The notes beneath the pieces were generated by a model. The model had not been told where the DNA came from and did no database searches. It saw nothing but the letters and a program-made list of their open reading frames with translations. Source: Deltaproteobacteria bacterium (GTDB taxonomy: Bacteria; Desulfobacterota; Syntrophia; Syntrophales; UBA2210). From it: a stretch of DNA of 51,306 nt. Positions 1-10,683 of this stretch are shown here, piece after piece. Every line of letters begins with the position of its first letter. Position 1 is the first letter of the stretch. The stretch spans positions 1-51,306 of the forward strand of contig JAFDBG010000003.1 in assembly GCA_019313385.1 (NCBI GenBank), written 5' to 3'. The position numbers and the translations under genes are program-made.

Positions 1-264
1 GCTGGCAACCCAGATAATCCTTGACGAAAGAACGAAACTATGAAACTTTAAACGTAACTCAACATATTAATATCAATAGAGAAAATAGATTATGTTACGT
101 ATAGGTAGGTGAAAGAGGGAATATCAGATGAATTGATCTCATCAATTATTAAGATTTAAGAACATTCCTCGGTAAATATTAGCCCTATCTGTGACATAAC
201 CCTCTTGCTTATACTAATATCTATTTTCGTCGGTTTTCTGTCTTCTCTCTTCCCTTGATAAAAC

Positions 265-1908
265 TTAGCAGGAAGGTTTCCAAGATTTCCAAAGATTTTC
301 TTTTACAAAAAGATCAAAGATGTCTGCATCGAGGTGATTGTCCTTTACCATAAATCCGAGAATTTTGATTGCCTGAGCCTCTGTATTTCCTTCTCGGTAA
401 GGCCTGTCTCTGGCAGTTAAAGCCTCAAAAACATCAGCCAATGCTAAAATCCTGGCCTGAAGAGGAATTTCGTCCCCCTTTAATCCGAGAGGATAGCCTG
501 TACCATTAAGACGCTCATGATGAGAGCTTGCATAAGCAGGCACATTTTTCAACTTTTTGGGGAACGGCATCTGTGAGAGCATTCTAAAAGTGATTGCGGC
601 ATGACTATTCATTACATCTCTCTCAGCATCCGTCAGTGTTCCCTTACGGGTAATAAGGCTTTGAACCTCATCATCGTTCAGTAAGGTTTGTCTCTCGCCA
701 TCCATTATCCATTTTCTCCCGGCAATACCCTGCACTCGTTGAACATCCTCGTCCGACATAGACTCGGCACCTTTGTTTATGGCACTGAGAAAATGATAAT
801 CTTCTTTCAACCTCTCTAATTCATTTTCATAATCCTCAAAGGATGTCACTGTATTGGAAATATCCTTCTTGCCCTGGCCTTTCCGAAGCAGATTGATCTC
901 TAAATCTCTCTTTATTATCTCAAAACGAGTTTTTAACAATTCAATCCGATCATATACTGTCCTTAGCTTTGTAGGTTTATCCATAACATATTCCGGAACC
1001 GCCACCTTACCAACGTCGTGAAGCCATGCTGAAATTCTGAGTTCATTTATCTGATCCTTATCAAAATAAACATCTTTAAACGGACCTCCTTGGACCTCAT
1101 TAATCTTTTCGGCGATGAGCATGGACAACTCCACCACGCGACGTCCATGGTCACCGGTGTAAGGGGATTTCTCATCAATTGCCGTGGATATTGTTTTTAC
1201 AAAAGATTCAAACAGATTCTCCAGATCTACAATTAGGCGATTATTGGTAAGTGCTATTGCCGCATCGGAAGCCAACGCCTCTGCCAGGTCCTGACACTCC
1301 AGGGAAAAAGGTATTGTTTTTTTCTTTTCTTTATCCTGGGCATTTAAAAGTTGAAGAATTCCGATAATATCATTTTCATGGTTCCGCATGGGAACAACAA
1401 GCATGGACTGGGAACGATAACCCGTTTCGGAGTCAAACCGGCGCGTTCCCTCGAAATTGAACCGTTCCGCATGGTAGACATCGGAGATATTTACAATCTC
1501 ACCGGAAAGCACCGCATAAGAGGAAACATTGGAATAATTCGGCGTGCCGTCGTCGTTATATAATTCGACGGGGGGCCAGGTTATTTCCCCTGCCGTTTCA
1601 CCCATCCGCAGTTTTAATGAATCGTTTTGAACGATCGCAAATTGAAGCGTTTTTTCATCGTCACTCATAATGTAAAGAGTCCCGCCATCGGCATTGGTAA
1701 CTCTTCTACCCTCCTCCAAAATCATTCCGAGCAAACGGTCTATGTTGTGTTCGGCCGACAGGGCCGCACCTATTTGAGTGAGACTTTTTATCTTTTTCAG
1801 CTGTTCCTCCGTAAAATCCTTCACTGAGGAAACCACACTACTTAACAATCGATTTATTTCATCATTATCCGTCAACTGAACAATGTCTCTTTTCTTCCTG
1901 TCGGCCAT
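265..1908 (-). CDS. GAF domain + HD-GYP cyclic-dinucleotide phosphodiesterase
   Basis: N-terminal GAF-like region (ADGGTLY, SMLVVPM, IIGILQLLN); HDVGK, HHERLNGTGYP and RILALADVFEALT..RPYR motifs of HD-GYP. Confidence 0.9.
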   Translation of the reverse strand: MADRKKRDIVQLTDNDEINRLLSSVVSSVKDFTEEQLKKIKSLTQIGAALSAEHNIDRLLGMILEEGRRVTNADGGTLYIMSDDEKTLQFAIVQNDSLKLRMGETAGEITWPPVELYNDDGTPNYSNVSSYAVLSGEIVNISDVYHAERFNFEGTRRFDSETGYRSQSMLVVPMRNHENDIIGILQLLNAQDKEKKKTIPFSLECQDLAEALASDAAIALTNNRLIVDLENLFESFVKTISTAIDEKSPYTGDHGRRVVELSMLIAEKINEVQGGPFKDVYFDKDQINELRISAWLHDVGKVAVPEYVMDKPTKLRTVYDRIELLKTRFEIIKRDLEINLLRKGQGKKDISNTVTSFEDYENELERLKEDYHFLSAINKGAESMSDEDVQRVQGIAGRKWIMDGERQTLLNDDEVQSLITRKGTLTDAERDVMNSHAAITFRMLSQMPFPKKLKNVPAYASSHHERLNGTGYPLGLKGDEIPLQARILALADVFEALTARDRPYREGNTEAQAIKILGFMVKDNHLDADIFDLFVKENLWKSWKPSC

Positions 1909-1998
1909 ATCAGTAATTACCCCTCGGATCTCACAAATTTTTCAGCCTTTAGCTCATATCTCCCCAGAGCTACTCGAACCTTTATTTTTTGCAAATGG

Positions 1999-2736
1999 TC
2001 ACAGCTCTCTGATCGCCTTTGCTTCGTATTCTCCGATAAACCCCTTGTCCGCGAAGCTGAAATAGCAGTCATTCCCGATAATAATATGGTCGAAGAAACT
2101 GATACCAGTTGCCTTCGCGGCCATCATCAGGCTTTTTGTGAATGCCTTGTCATTTTCACTGGGGGTTGTAGCGCCGGAGGGGTGGTTGTGGGCGACGATG
2201 ATTGATGGCGCGTTGTGCCGAATAGCCGTTTGAATGATATCACGGATATAAGGGTTTGCCCTGTCGACTGTACCGTAATCAATATCTATCATATCTGACA
2301 TGGTGTTTCTTCCGTCGAGCAGCAGCAGGACGAAGCGTTCCTTCTTTAGGTCTCTCATCAGCGGCATCAGCAAATTTGCCACATCGGAGGAATGCCTGAA
2401 AGGATCGGCGAGTGTCTTCTCCTCGCTGAGCATGCGCCTGCCCAGTTCAATGGCGGCTTTGATCTGCGCGATTTTGGCGTTCTTGAGACCGTTGATCTTC
2501 CTGAATTCGGAAACATCGACGCTGCTCATCGCGCGGAGCGATTTGAACCTGTGCAGCAATTCCCTGCCGATATCAACGGCGCTCCTGCCGGGCGTTCCCG
2601 TCCTGATCAAAATGGCCAGAAGCTCCGCGTTGCTGAGGGTGTGCTCCCCATATTTGAGCAGTTTCTCCCGGGGTCGGTCATCTTCCGCCCACTCACGGAT
2701 GGGAATGGGATACTGGACCTTGTTGTCTTTCTTCAT
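1999..2736 (-). CDS. radC: RadC family protein (HhH + JAB domain)
   Basis: RPREKLL..G...LS.AELLAIL, KAAIELGRR, AHNHPSG...PS..D, DHIII. Confidence 0.93.
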   Translation of the reverse strand: MKKDNKVQYPIPIREWAEDDRPREKLLKYGEHTLSNAELLAILIRTGTPGRSAVDIGRELLHRFKSLRAMSSVDVSEFRKINGLKNAKIAQIKAAIELGRRMLSEEKTLADPFRHSSDVANLLMPLMRDLKKERFVLLLLDGRNTMSDMIDIDYGTVDRANPYIRDIIQTAIRHNAPSIIVAHNHPSGATTPSENDKAFTKSLMMAAKATGISFFDHIIIGNDCYFSFADKGFIGEYEAKAIREL

Positions 2737-2910
2737 AGTATAGAACGACCGTGGCTCATTTTACCGCTTCAAAACCGATCTTTTATCAGTCTAATATGAG
2801 TACGCTAAAATATCAATCGCAAAATATATAAATATAGCAGCATGTTGGATTCTTGCAAAATTTTCGCAGAACAGGTTGAAAAAGCATATAGGATAGTGTA
2901 TTAGTGAAAT

Positions 2911-2956
2911 CGGTGCATGGAGTCGAATAACGCTGGCTCTGTGCATTGCTATTTTT
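2911..2956 (+). promoter_or_regulatory. Putative terminator/attenuator hairpin in the greA leader
   Basis: cggtgcatggagtc (2911-2924) pairs with ggctctgtgcattg (2935-2948), including G-U pairs, followed by ctattttt; TTGAAA candidate -35 at 2876-2881. Confidence 0.5.
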
Positions 2957-2997
2957 ATGGCGGTCAGTTCAAGCGGCCGTAATTTGGAGGAATTGCT

Positions 2998-3471
2998 ATG
3001 AACAAATTTCCTATAACAAAAACTGGATTTGAAAAATTAAGAAAAGAGCTGGCCCGTCTGAAAAAGATCGAAGTGCCGGCAAATATAAAGGATATCGAGG
3101 AGGCCAGGGCACATGGCGATATCTCGGAAAACGCCGAATACGCGGCGGCAAAGGAAAGGCAGTCATTTATCCAGGGGAAGATTCAGGAGATAGAGAATAA
3201 TCTTGCCATGTCAACTATTGTCGATCTGAAGGATCTGACAGATGACAGGGTTGTTTTCGGAACAACTGTGACAATAGAGGAAAGCAATACGGAAAAAGTA
3301 ACACGCTATCAGCTTGTAGGACCATTTGAATCCGATACAAGCCGAAATCAGATATCAGTCACTTCTCCCATAGGCAAAGCCCTTCTCAGGAAAGAAGTCG
3401 GGGATGATGTTAAGGTCAGCACTCCGGGTGGTATCAGAGAATTTGAGATCGTGGATATTGTCATAGAATGA
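2998..3471 (+). CDS. greA: Transcription elongation factor GreA
   Basis: ARAHGDISENAEYAAAKE and ISVTSPIGKALL motifs; GGAGG RBS. Confidence 0.97.
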   Translation: MNKFPITKTGFEKLRKELARLKKIEVPANIKDIEEARAHGDISENAEYAAAKERQSFIQGKIQEIENNLAMSTIVDLKDLTDDRVVFGTTVTIEESNTEKVTRYQLVGPFESDTSRNQISVTSPIGKALLRKEVGDDVKVSTPGGIREFEIVDIVIE

Positions 3472-3483
3472 GATGCTGTCTAC

Positions 3484-4962
3484 TTATTTTACTTTCCACG
3501 TGGTAGAGATGGATGTATCTTTAATGATAATTCCCATAGCGGACAAGAGGTCTCTCAGCTCATCAGCGCGGTGCCAGTCTTTGGATTCTCTTGCCCTTTT
3601 CCTCTCGTCAATCAACCGCTCCACTTCTTCCACATCCAGATCCGACTTTCTGGCTTCTCTTTCTTTGTCTTTTTCGAAGTATTCATCAGGATCTTCCAGA
3701 AACAACCCTAACACCTTGCCCAGCTCCCTGATACGTTCCCTTGCCTCGTTCAGGACAAAAAGAGATTCCCTGGTGGGTGCAAAATTCTTTGAGATGTATC
3801 CGTTTATAATACGGACAGTGTCAAATATGTAGCCCATCGCCATGGCTGTGTTAAAATCATCATCCATGGCCTCTCTGAATCTGTCGGGAAGCGTGCTCAC
3901 TTTCCCCCACACCTTCTCGTCCTCTCCAGAGAGATCTTTTTCGGAAGTGTCGGAGAGATCAGCTCCTTCATTAAGCGCATCCTTTATGTTCTTCAGCATG
4001 GTATAAACCCTCTCCATGCCCACTCTTGCCTCGGCGATGGAGGCATCTGAAAAATCTATATAACTTTTATAGTGACTCTGAAGGATAAAGAATCTCACCA
4101 CTTCAGGGTGATAGGCGGCCAATATCTCTTTTATGGTAAGGGTGTTCCCGAGAGATTTTGACATCTTTTCACTGTCTACCTTTATAAACCCATTGTGTAT
4201 CCAGTAAGTTGCAAAGGGTTTCCCCGTGGCGCCCTCGGACTGGGCTATCTCATTCTCGTGGTGTGGAAATATCAGGTCTTCGCCACCGCCATGGATATCA
4301 AAGGTGTCTCCAAGGAACCGCTGACTCATTACGGAACATTCTATATGCCATCCCGGTCTGCCCCTTCCCCAGGGACTGTCCCACCAGGGTTCTCCCTCCT
4401 TGCTGGACTTCCACAGCACAAAATCGAAGGGATTCTTCTTCTTTACATCCACATCGATTCTGGCGCCGGCAAGCATATCATCCAGGCCCCTGCCTGACAG
4501 CTTGCCGTATCCTTCAAATTTTTCAACCGAATAATACACATCTCCATCTACAACATAGGCGAGACCCTTTTCCATAAGGGTGCCTATAAGCCGGATCATT
4601 CCATTTATGTTATCAGTCGCCTTGGGCGATACCGTGGGCCTGACCACTCCAAGGCGATCCATATCTTCGTTATGTTCCTTTATATATCTTTCCGATATAT
4701 CGTATATATCAGTTCCTTCCGCGTTTGCCTTCCCGATAATCTTGTCATCAACATCGGTGAAATTCTTTACATAGGTTACTTCATAGTCTCTATATTTAAG
4801 ATATCTGTAAATAACATCAAAAACCACCGCCGATCGGGCATGCCCGATATGGCATACGTCGTATGCGGTGATTCCACAGACGTAGATGCCTATTTTCCCC
4901 TCTTTGATGGGAACAAATTTCTCTTTCTTCTTTGTCAGTGTATTATACAGTCTCAAGGTCAT
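3484..4962 (-). CDS. cysS: Cysteine--tRNA ligase
   Basis: [32 protein letters not shown]. Confidence 0.98.
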   Translation of the reverse strand: MTLRLYNTLTKKKEKFVPIKEGKIGIYVCGITAYDVCHIGHARSAVVFDVIYRYLKYRDYEVTYVKNFTDVDDKIIGKANAEGTDIYDISERYIKEHNEDMDRLGVVRPTVSPKATDNINGMIRLIGTLMEKGLAYVVDGDVYYSVEKFEGYGKLSGRGLDDMLAGARIDVDVKKKNPFDFVLWKSSKEGEPWWDSPWGRGRPGWHIECSVMSQRFLGDTFDIHGGGEDLIFPHHENEIAQSEGATGKPFATYWIHNGFIKVDSEKMSKSLGNTLTIKEILAAYHPEVVRFFILQSHYKSYIDFSDASIAEARVGMERVYTMLKNIKDALNEGADLSDTSEKDLSGEDEKVWGKVSTLPDRFREAMDDDFNTAMAMGYIFDTVRIINGYISKNFAPTRESLFVLNEARERIRELGKVLGLFLEDPDEYFEKDKEREARKSDLDVEEVERLIDERKRARESKDWHRADELRDLLSAMGIIIKDTSISTTWKVK

Positions 4963-5019
4963 AGTATAATCTTACTCCCCTGCCAGGCAGCTAACTCCCT
5001 GGCAGATGTTACAGGTTCT

Positions 5020-6057
5020 TCAAGGAAACAGTGATATATGATTCAGGCCGGCGTCCTCCGGAAGTCCACACATAAGGTTCATGTTCTGCACCGCCTGACC
5101 GGCAGCACCCTTTACCAGGTTGTCTATGGCTGACACGATGATCACCCTTCCTGTGCGTCCATCAACAACGATTCCTATATCACAGTTGTTGGAACCCCTG
5201 ACCGAAGAAATGTTCGGCAGGGTGCCCGGTTTGCATATTCTTACAAACTTCTCATCGCCATAGAATTTCTCATAGATATCAAATATCTCAGACTCAGACA
5301 TATCACTATGAAGATCCGCGTATATCGTACTCAGGATCCCTCTGTTTGCCGGCACAAGATGGGGGGTAAAGGAAATTTTTATGGCCGTATTCGAAATGCG
5401 CCCAAGCTCCTGTTCTATCTCCGGTGTGTGGCGATGTGATGCTATCTTATATGCCCTGAATCCCTCATTCACTTCACAAAAGAGCGAGCCAAGTTGCAGA
5501 TCACGTCCGGACCCGCTTGCGCCCGATTTTGAGTCCGCAATAATCGATGAGGTATTAATGCACCCATCTTTTAGCAGAGGCGCGACCCCCAGGATGATAC
5601 TCGTAGGATAACAACCGGGATTGGCAACAAACTGGGCATTTTTCAGATCATCCCGATACAACTCGGGAAGTCCGTAGACGGTCTTTTTAACTAGATCGGG
5701 GGCGGCATGCTTTGCATACCACGTCTCGTATACCGATACATCCCTCAGGCGAAAATCGGCGCTGAGGTCGATAACTTTCATACCGGCCGCAACAAATTCC
5801 GGCGCCACATTCATGGCCTCGCCGTGTGGAAGCGCCAGGAATACCACTTCACAGGAAGATACAAGATTTTCCGGAGACGAATCCGCAAATCTCAGATTTG
5901 TAATACCGGCAAAGGCCGGATATACTTCAGAAACTGCAACATTCTTGAATTTTCTCGAAGTGATGGCGACAACATCAGTATCAGGGTGACCGATTAAAAT
6001 CCTTAAAAGTTCCTGACCGGTATAACCGCTTGCTCCGTATATACCCGCTTTTAACAT
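5020..6057 (-). CDS. argC: N-acetyl-gamma-glutamyl-phosphate reductase
   Basis: GASGYTG, ANPGCYPT, DNLVKGAAGQAVQN; start moved to the ATG at 6057 because of the upstream GGAGG. Confidence 0.97.
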   Translation of the reverse strand: MLKAGIYGASGYTGQELLRILIGHPDTDVVAITSRKFKNVAVSEVYPAFAGITNLRFADSSPENLVSSCEVVFLALPHGEAMNVAPEFVAAGMKVIDLSADFRLRDVSVYETWYAKHAAPDLVKKTVYGLPELYRDDLKNAQFVANPGCYPTSIILGVAPLLKDGCINTSSIIADSKSGASGSGRDLQLGSLFCEVNEGFRAYKIASHRHTPEIEQELGRISNTAIKISFTPHLVPANRGILSTIYADLHSDMSESEIFDIYEKFYGDEKFVRICKPGTLPNISSVRGSNNCDIGIVVDGRTGRVIIVSAIDNLVKGAAGQAVQNMNLMCGLPEDAGLNHISLFP

Positions 6058-6070
6058 GGAACCTGCCTCC

Positions 6071-6100
6071 AAATAAAAAAAGGGGGCCATAGCCCCCTCT
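6071..6100 (-). terminator. Intrinsic terminator after rpsI
   Basis: Minus strand agggggc-tatg-gccccct followed by ttttttattt. Confidence 0.8.
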
Positions 6101-6114
6101 GTGTATTGCTGATT

Positions 6115-6507
6115 TTATCTCTTGGAATATTGAAATCTCTTTCTCGCACCGGGCTGGCCGTATTTCTTCCTCTCCTTTACCCGGGCATCTCTTGTAAGAA
6201 AACCAGCCTTCTTGAGAACGGATTTAAATTCTTCATCATACTCTAACAGGGCCTTGGATATGCCATGCCTGATAGCACCTGCCTGACCGCTGTTCCCTCC
6301 TCCGTTTACATTGATATAGAAATCAAACTTGCCTGATTTATCGGTTATATCGAGAGGCTGCCGAATCAATCTCTTTAATATATCACGGGTAAAGTAATCA
6401 TCGAAATTCCTTTTATTGACTATGAAAGTGCCACTTCCCTCTTTCATCCATACCCTTGCTATTGAGGTCTTTCTTTTGCCTGTAGCATAATAACTTTTTA
6501 CTGACAT
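6115..6507 (-). CDS. rpsI: 30S ribosomal protein S9
   Basis: [18 protein letters not shown]...[10 protein letters not shown]. Confidence 0.99.
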   Translation of the reverse strand: MSVKSYYATGKRKTSIARVWMKEGSGTFIVNKRNFDDYFTRDILKRLIRQPLDITDKSGKFDFYINVNGGGNSGQAGAIRHGISKALLEYDEEFKSVLKKAGFLTRDARVKERKKYGQPGARKRFQYSKR

Positions 6508-6522
6508 TCCTTCTCTCCTGAC

Positions 6523-6951
6523 CTATACTTCCAGCGTTTTGACCATCTGGGCTTTATGCGGGTGCGTATCACCCTTGTACACTTTAAGCTTCTTCAGCAT
6601 CTGTCTCCCCAAGCTGTTTTTCGGGAGCATACCTCTGACGGTGCTGAGCAAAAGTTCTTCCGGTTTCTCCGCCAGCATCTTGCCCGCTGTCGTTGATTTC
6701 AACCCCCCCGGATAACCGGTGTGATGATAGTAGATCTTATCGGTAAGTTTTTTGCCTGTAAAGGAAATCTTTTCCGCGTTTACCACAACTATAAAATCCC
6801 CGGTATCGATATGCGGAGTATAGACTGGTTTGTGCTTTCCTCTCAAACGTCTTGCAATCTCGGCGGCAAGTCTTCCAAGCACCTTACCCTCCGCATCAAC
6901 AAGACACCAATCTCTTTCAACACTTTCTTTTTTGGCACTATATGTTTTCAT
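6523..6951 (-). CDS. rplM: 50S ribosomal protein L13
   Basis: LGRLA..IA..LRGKHKP.YTPH.DTGD, GMLPKN.LGR. Confidence 0.99.
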   Translation of the reverse strand: MKTYSAKKESVERDWCLVDAEGKVLGRLAAEIARRLRGKHKPVYTPHIDTGDFIVVVNAEKISFTGKKLTDKIYYHHTGYPGGLKSTTAGKMLAEKPEELLLSTVRGMLPKNSLGRQMLKKLKVYKGDTHPHKAQMVKTLEV

Positions 6952-6987
6952 AAAAATTCACCTGTATCCAGAAACTCAAAGAGACGG

Positions 6988-7016
6988 AGGATATGTAATT
7001 ACAATACATTTGTCAA
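6988..7016 (-). promoter_or_regulatory. Sigma70-type promoter of rplM-rpsI
   Basis: Minus strand TTGACA-17 nt-TATCCT. Confidence 0.75.
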
Positions 7017-7040
7017 GGAAAAATACAAAAAACTTTTAAT

Positions 7041-9224
7041 CTACTGCCCTGGCATGCTGCCTCCCACTCTGCCCACCTTTCCAAGGCCATAGAGGGAGAA
7101 GACCATCATAAAGTTCCTGTCGTCAGGAGAGTCGGTATAGCTGAGCTCCACGCTCCAGCACTGTCTGTGATAATCTACAGCATAGGTAGCTTCAAGGGTT
7201 TTTTTGTCGAGTTCGTCTTTCCTCAGGATATACATCAGATCAAGGGATTCGGTTGCCTTACCCTTGAAAGAGAGCCCAATTTCCTCCACTGAATTCTGCG
7301 TATATCTGTACTCAGCGGTCAGAGAATCACCGCGCGGGTCACTGATACCGAGGATGGAATTGATCTCTTTCCACTCACCGGATGTGACATCGAAATTTGT
7401 GTCGGCATCAAGGGAAAGATACCGGAAGGGGGCGAAGTCCAGTTCCGAGGTGATATTACCGAACGGCCTCCTGGGCTGCGAAGACCCGGCGGTATTCCTT
7501 CTCGCCTCTTTGATATCGTAAACCTGGCTCAACTTAAGCCTGAAAAACTCCCGGTAGGCGGTCCCCCCATTTTCATCTTTCAGACGGGCAATCATTGTGT
7601 TGATGAGGGAGTAGGTCACCGTGTTTGTCTCCGCTACCTCGGCAAGAAAATCCGGCCTGTCCTTTTGATATACATACGGGATATATGAGTACTCAGCCTC
7701 CGGTCTGATGCTGTGTCGGATCTTGTCCACGACCGTTCCCCCAACATCAAAGATCCTGTGCACTTCGCTGGAGAGGGTCGTACCCACGGTGTACAGTTCC
7801 CGGCTGCCGTCTCTTTCCTCATTCCCTGCGGTGGTGGACGAGCTCTCCCACGTAGTCTCTCTCAACCCCAGGGATGGCGTAAATTCCAGATAGTCCTCGA
7901 AACTCAGAGGCCACGAAAAAACCGGATAGGCATCGAAGCTATCTCCGCGGTATCCCGTGGTCCGGTAATAATGGCCGTACGACGATGTCAGCTCGAAATC
8001 GAGGGGGGAATTGTACAGGGGCTGCTTCAAACCGGTAAAGGTGACCTCCGGATATTTCTGTAGTGTCTCATCGTTGGAGTAACTCTGGAAATTATCCGTA
8101 TATTCCATAAGCGCGGTCGCGTTGAACAGGTTCCAGTCCTTTACGAGACGAACAGTCGAGGTCAGCGCAGTCAGGGATTCGTCGGCATCGAACGAGACTC
8201 CGTTGAACATGCGGGTATCATTTTCTCTGTAATGCGCCATATAATAGTTATATGAATCGAAATCCCTGAAATACCACCTGTCAGATACCCTTTTTATATC
8301 CGTCTTCAGATAAAAGCCCGGGCTGAATGTCGTCTCGTGGTCCAGGTAATACGACCAACGTTTGTTATCTTCTTTCCATTCCCTGTGCAAAACGGCGTCC
8401 CCTTCGGAGTCCAACACCTCCATGGAGTCATTGAGATAATCGCCATACAGTGTGCCATGCGAATTTTCACCGACAATATACCGTAGTTCCGCTCCCTCCT
8501 GAAATCCCCTCTTGTCCATATAGCGCTGATAAAATGTCGCGTCGGCATTTTCTGAAATAGCCCAGTAAAAGGGAATGCCAACATCCCACCCCAGTTTGTC
8601 ACGCGAATAGGCGATATGGGGGGGTAACAGACCCGTCTGCCTTGTAGTCTTGGCAGGGAATATAAGGTAGGGAAGATAGAGAACAGGGATTCCCTTCACC
8701 TGGAAGGCCCCATTTTTAAGGGTTCCATACCCGTCAATGGTAACCTCCATCTCGCTGCCGGTAAACATCCAGTCGGGATTCTCACCGTCACAGGTCGTTG
8801 CCCGGCCCTCCTTCATGAAATAGGTTGCATCGCCCGTCTTCTCAATTGTTTCCCCTCTCAGGTAGAGGTGATTCTTATCAAAAAACACCTTTCCGTCAGA
8901 CATGGTGCCTGTTTCAGTACCAATATTGAACTGTGCCTTCTTTCCTTCAAGAATGTCCTTACCGCTCTTTATGAATACATGCCCCTCGGCCGTCGCTTCA
9001 TCCTTCAACCTATCCAATATGACATCATCGGCTTTAATGAACCCATCCTTAAAAGAAATAATGACATTGCCGCTGGCCCGATATGTTTCGGTATCGCTGT
9101 CATATGCCAGGCTATCAGCTTCTATGTCCACCCGTTTCGGGATATCCTGCACAGAGGCAAAGGAAAGATTCCCGCACAAGAACAAAAGCATTGACATAAA
9201 AAGCAGTATACACCTTTTCCTCAC
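7041..9224 (-). CDS. lptD: LPS-assembly outer membrane protein LptD
   Basis: Signal peptide; OstA-like N-terminus (IEAD.L.YD, A.GNV); TTC..PDW and P...RQTGLL.P motifs; beta-barrel with a late QCW; GTG start at 9224 follows GGAGG. Confidence 0.88.
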   Translation of the reverse strand: MRKRCILLFMSMLLFLCGNLSFASVQDIPKRVDIEADSLAYDSDTETYRASGNVIISFKDGFIKADDVILDRLKDEATAEGHVFIKSGKDILEGKKAQFNIGTETGTMSDGKVFFDKNHLYLRGETIEKTGDATYFMKEGRATTCDGENPDWMFTGSEMEVTIDGYGTLKNGAFQVKGIPVLYLPYLIFPAKTTRQTGLLPPHIAYSRDKLGWDVGIPFYWAISENADATFYQRYMDKRGFQEGAELRYIVGENSHGTLYGDYLNDSMEVLDSEGDAVLHREWKEDNKRWSYYLDHETTFSPGFYLKTDIKRVSDRWYFRDFDSYNYYMAHYRENDTRMFNGVSFDADESLTALTSTVRLVKDWNLFNATALMEYTDNFQSYSNDETLQKYPEVTFTGLKQPLYNSPLDFELTSSYGHYYRTTGYRGDSFDAYPVFSWPLSFEDYLEFTPSLGLRETTWESSSTTAGNEERDGSRELYTVGTTLSSEVHRIFDVGGTVVDKIRHSIRPEAEYSYIPYVYQKDRPDFLAEVAETNTVTYSLINTMIARLKDENGGTAYREFFRLKLSQVYDIKEARRNTAGSSQPRRPFGNITSELDFAPFRYLSLDADTNFDVTSGEWKEINSILGISDPRGDSLTAEYRYTQNSVEEIGLSFKGKATESLDLMYILRKDELDKKTLEATYAVDYHRQCWSVELSYTDSPDDRNFMMVFSLYGLGKVGRVGGSMPGQ

Positions 9225-9273
9225 AAAGCATCCTCCAGACAATATCTCTAGCACCAACAGGCCGTATTCACTA

Positions 9274-10548
9274 TCACAAAAACCTGTTTTCCGGAAGGCC
9301 CAAACACAGATGCTCTTTTATCTCTCCCACAAGATAGAGCGAACCCGTAACGCACACAAGATCGTCAGCACCTGCAATGAACCGGGCCCTGTCAAGTGCC
9401 TCTGCCGCATCGTCTACGACCTCAATATTACCATGATGCAGTGAGGCAACCGACAATAAATCCTCTGTACACGCAGCTCTTTCCACTTTCGGTTTCGTAA
9501 GCACAATTTTATCCACTAGGGGAAGCAATTTCTTCAACATCCCGCCGTAGTCTTTATCACGAAGTACACCGAACACGACTATCAATCTCCGGTAAGAGAA
9601 GTCTGTCAACAGCGAGCTGCACAAAGATGAAATGCCTGCTGGGTTGTGGGCGCCATCTACAACAATCCCGGGATTACGGGAAACGAGTTCCAGCCTTCCC
9701 TCCCACCGTACATCTCTTAATCCTTCGACCACGGATGTGTCGCTGATGCTCACACCTTTTGCCGTCAGAACTTCAATGGCCGCAAGGGCCAGGGCTGCGT
9801 TTTCAATCTGGTGTCTGCCGGCAAGAGAAAGCTTTAGACCACTGTAGCGTTTATTAATTCCATAGTAGGAAAAATATCCCCGCCCGGACCTCCTGACCCT
9901 TATATCCCTGCCTGTCCTGTAGATCGCAGCCCCTCTCTGGAGACTGATTTCCTCAAGGGTATTGAGCACTTTACGTCCTCTGGCAGCCGTCACGCACACA
10001 CCCTTTCTCTTAATGATTCCTCCTTTTTCAGTGGCAATTGATTTCAGGTCATTACCCAGATATTTCTGATGTTCCATGGAAATATTGGTTATTATGGAAA
10101 CCTCGGGAGATACGAGGTTTGTAGCATCAAGCCTCCCCCCCATACCCACTTCAACAATCGCCATATCCACCTTACACATGGAGAAATACAGAAATGCCAG
10201 GGCAGTGGAAAATTCGAAATAGGTAACCTCTTCCCTGATCTCATCCCGTACCTTATCTATGAGAGTACAAAGTGTATCCCCCGGGATCATGTGATCATTG
10301 ACCCTTATCCGTTCCCTGAAGTCGCGCAGGTGCGGAGATGTATAGATACCAACGTTCATACCCTCCTTTATTAATATAGAAGAAAGAATCGCCGCCGTGG
10401 ACCCCTTGCCGTTGGTTCCGCCTATGAGGATCGTTTTATATCCATTCTGGGGATTGTCAAGACGGGCGAGAAGCCTTGATATAGGTCCAAGACCTAAATT
10501 TATTCCCTTTTGTTTCAATCCTTCCAGATACGAGAGGGGGTTCTGCAT
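9274..10548 (-). CDS. folC: Bifunctional folylpolyglutamate/dihydrofolate synthase
   Basis: GTNGKGS, YTSPHL..RERI, EVGMGGRLDATN, DGAHNP, TGSLYLVGE. Confidence 0.96.
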   Translation of the reverse strand: MQNPLSYLEGLKQKGINLGLGPISRLLARLDNPQNGYKTILIGGTNGKGSTAAILSSILIKEGMNVGIYTSPHLRDFRERIRVNDHMIPGDTLCTLIDKVRDEIREEVTYFEFSTALAFLYFSMCKVDMAIVEVGMGGRLDATNLVSPEVSIITNISMEHQKYLGNDLKSIATEKGGIIKRKGVCVTAARGRKVLNTLEEISLQRGAAIYRTGRDIRVRRSGRGYFSYYGINKRYSGLKLSLAGRHQIENAALALAAIEVLTAKGVSISDTSVVEGLRDVRWEGRLELVSRNPGIVVDGAHNPAGISSLCSSLLTDFSYRRLIVVFGVLRDKDYGGMLKKLLPLVDKIVLTKPKVERAACTEDLLSVASLHHGNIEVVDDAAEALDRARFIAGADDLVCVTGSLYLVGEIKEHLCLGLPENRFL

Positions 10549-10560
10549 GCGCACACTCCA

Positions 10561-10602
10561 AACAAAAAGGCCACGGGATTCATGTTACAATCCATGGCCT
10601 TC
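10561..10602 (-). terminator. Terminator-like hairpin immediately upstream of the folC RBS
   Basis: Minus strand aaggccatggatt...aatcccgtggcc followed by tttttgtt, then GGAG and the folC start. Confidence 0.55.
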
Positions 10603-10683
10603 AAAACTTCTCACCGCATAGATCGACCATCAGGGATTCACTCCATGTCTGATCGAAAAACACCCTTTTTAACAAAAACAGGA

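Noticed and set aside
265-1908. HD-GYP protein as a regulator of the CBASS signal
   Set aside because: GAF-HD-GYP proteins are common c-di-GMP enzymes in this group, and there is no positional link.
1999-2736. RadC JAB domain as the missing Cap3 of the CBASS operon
   Set aside because: It is a full-length housekeeping-type RadC about 41 kb away, and nothing links it to the island.
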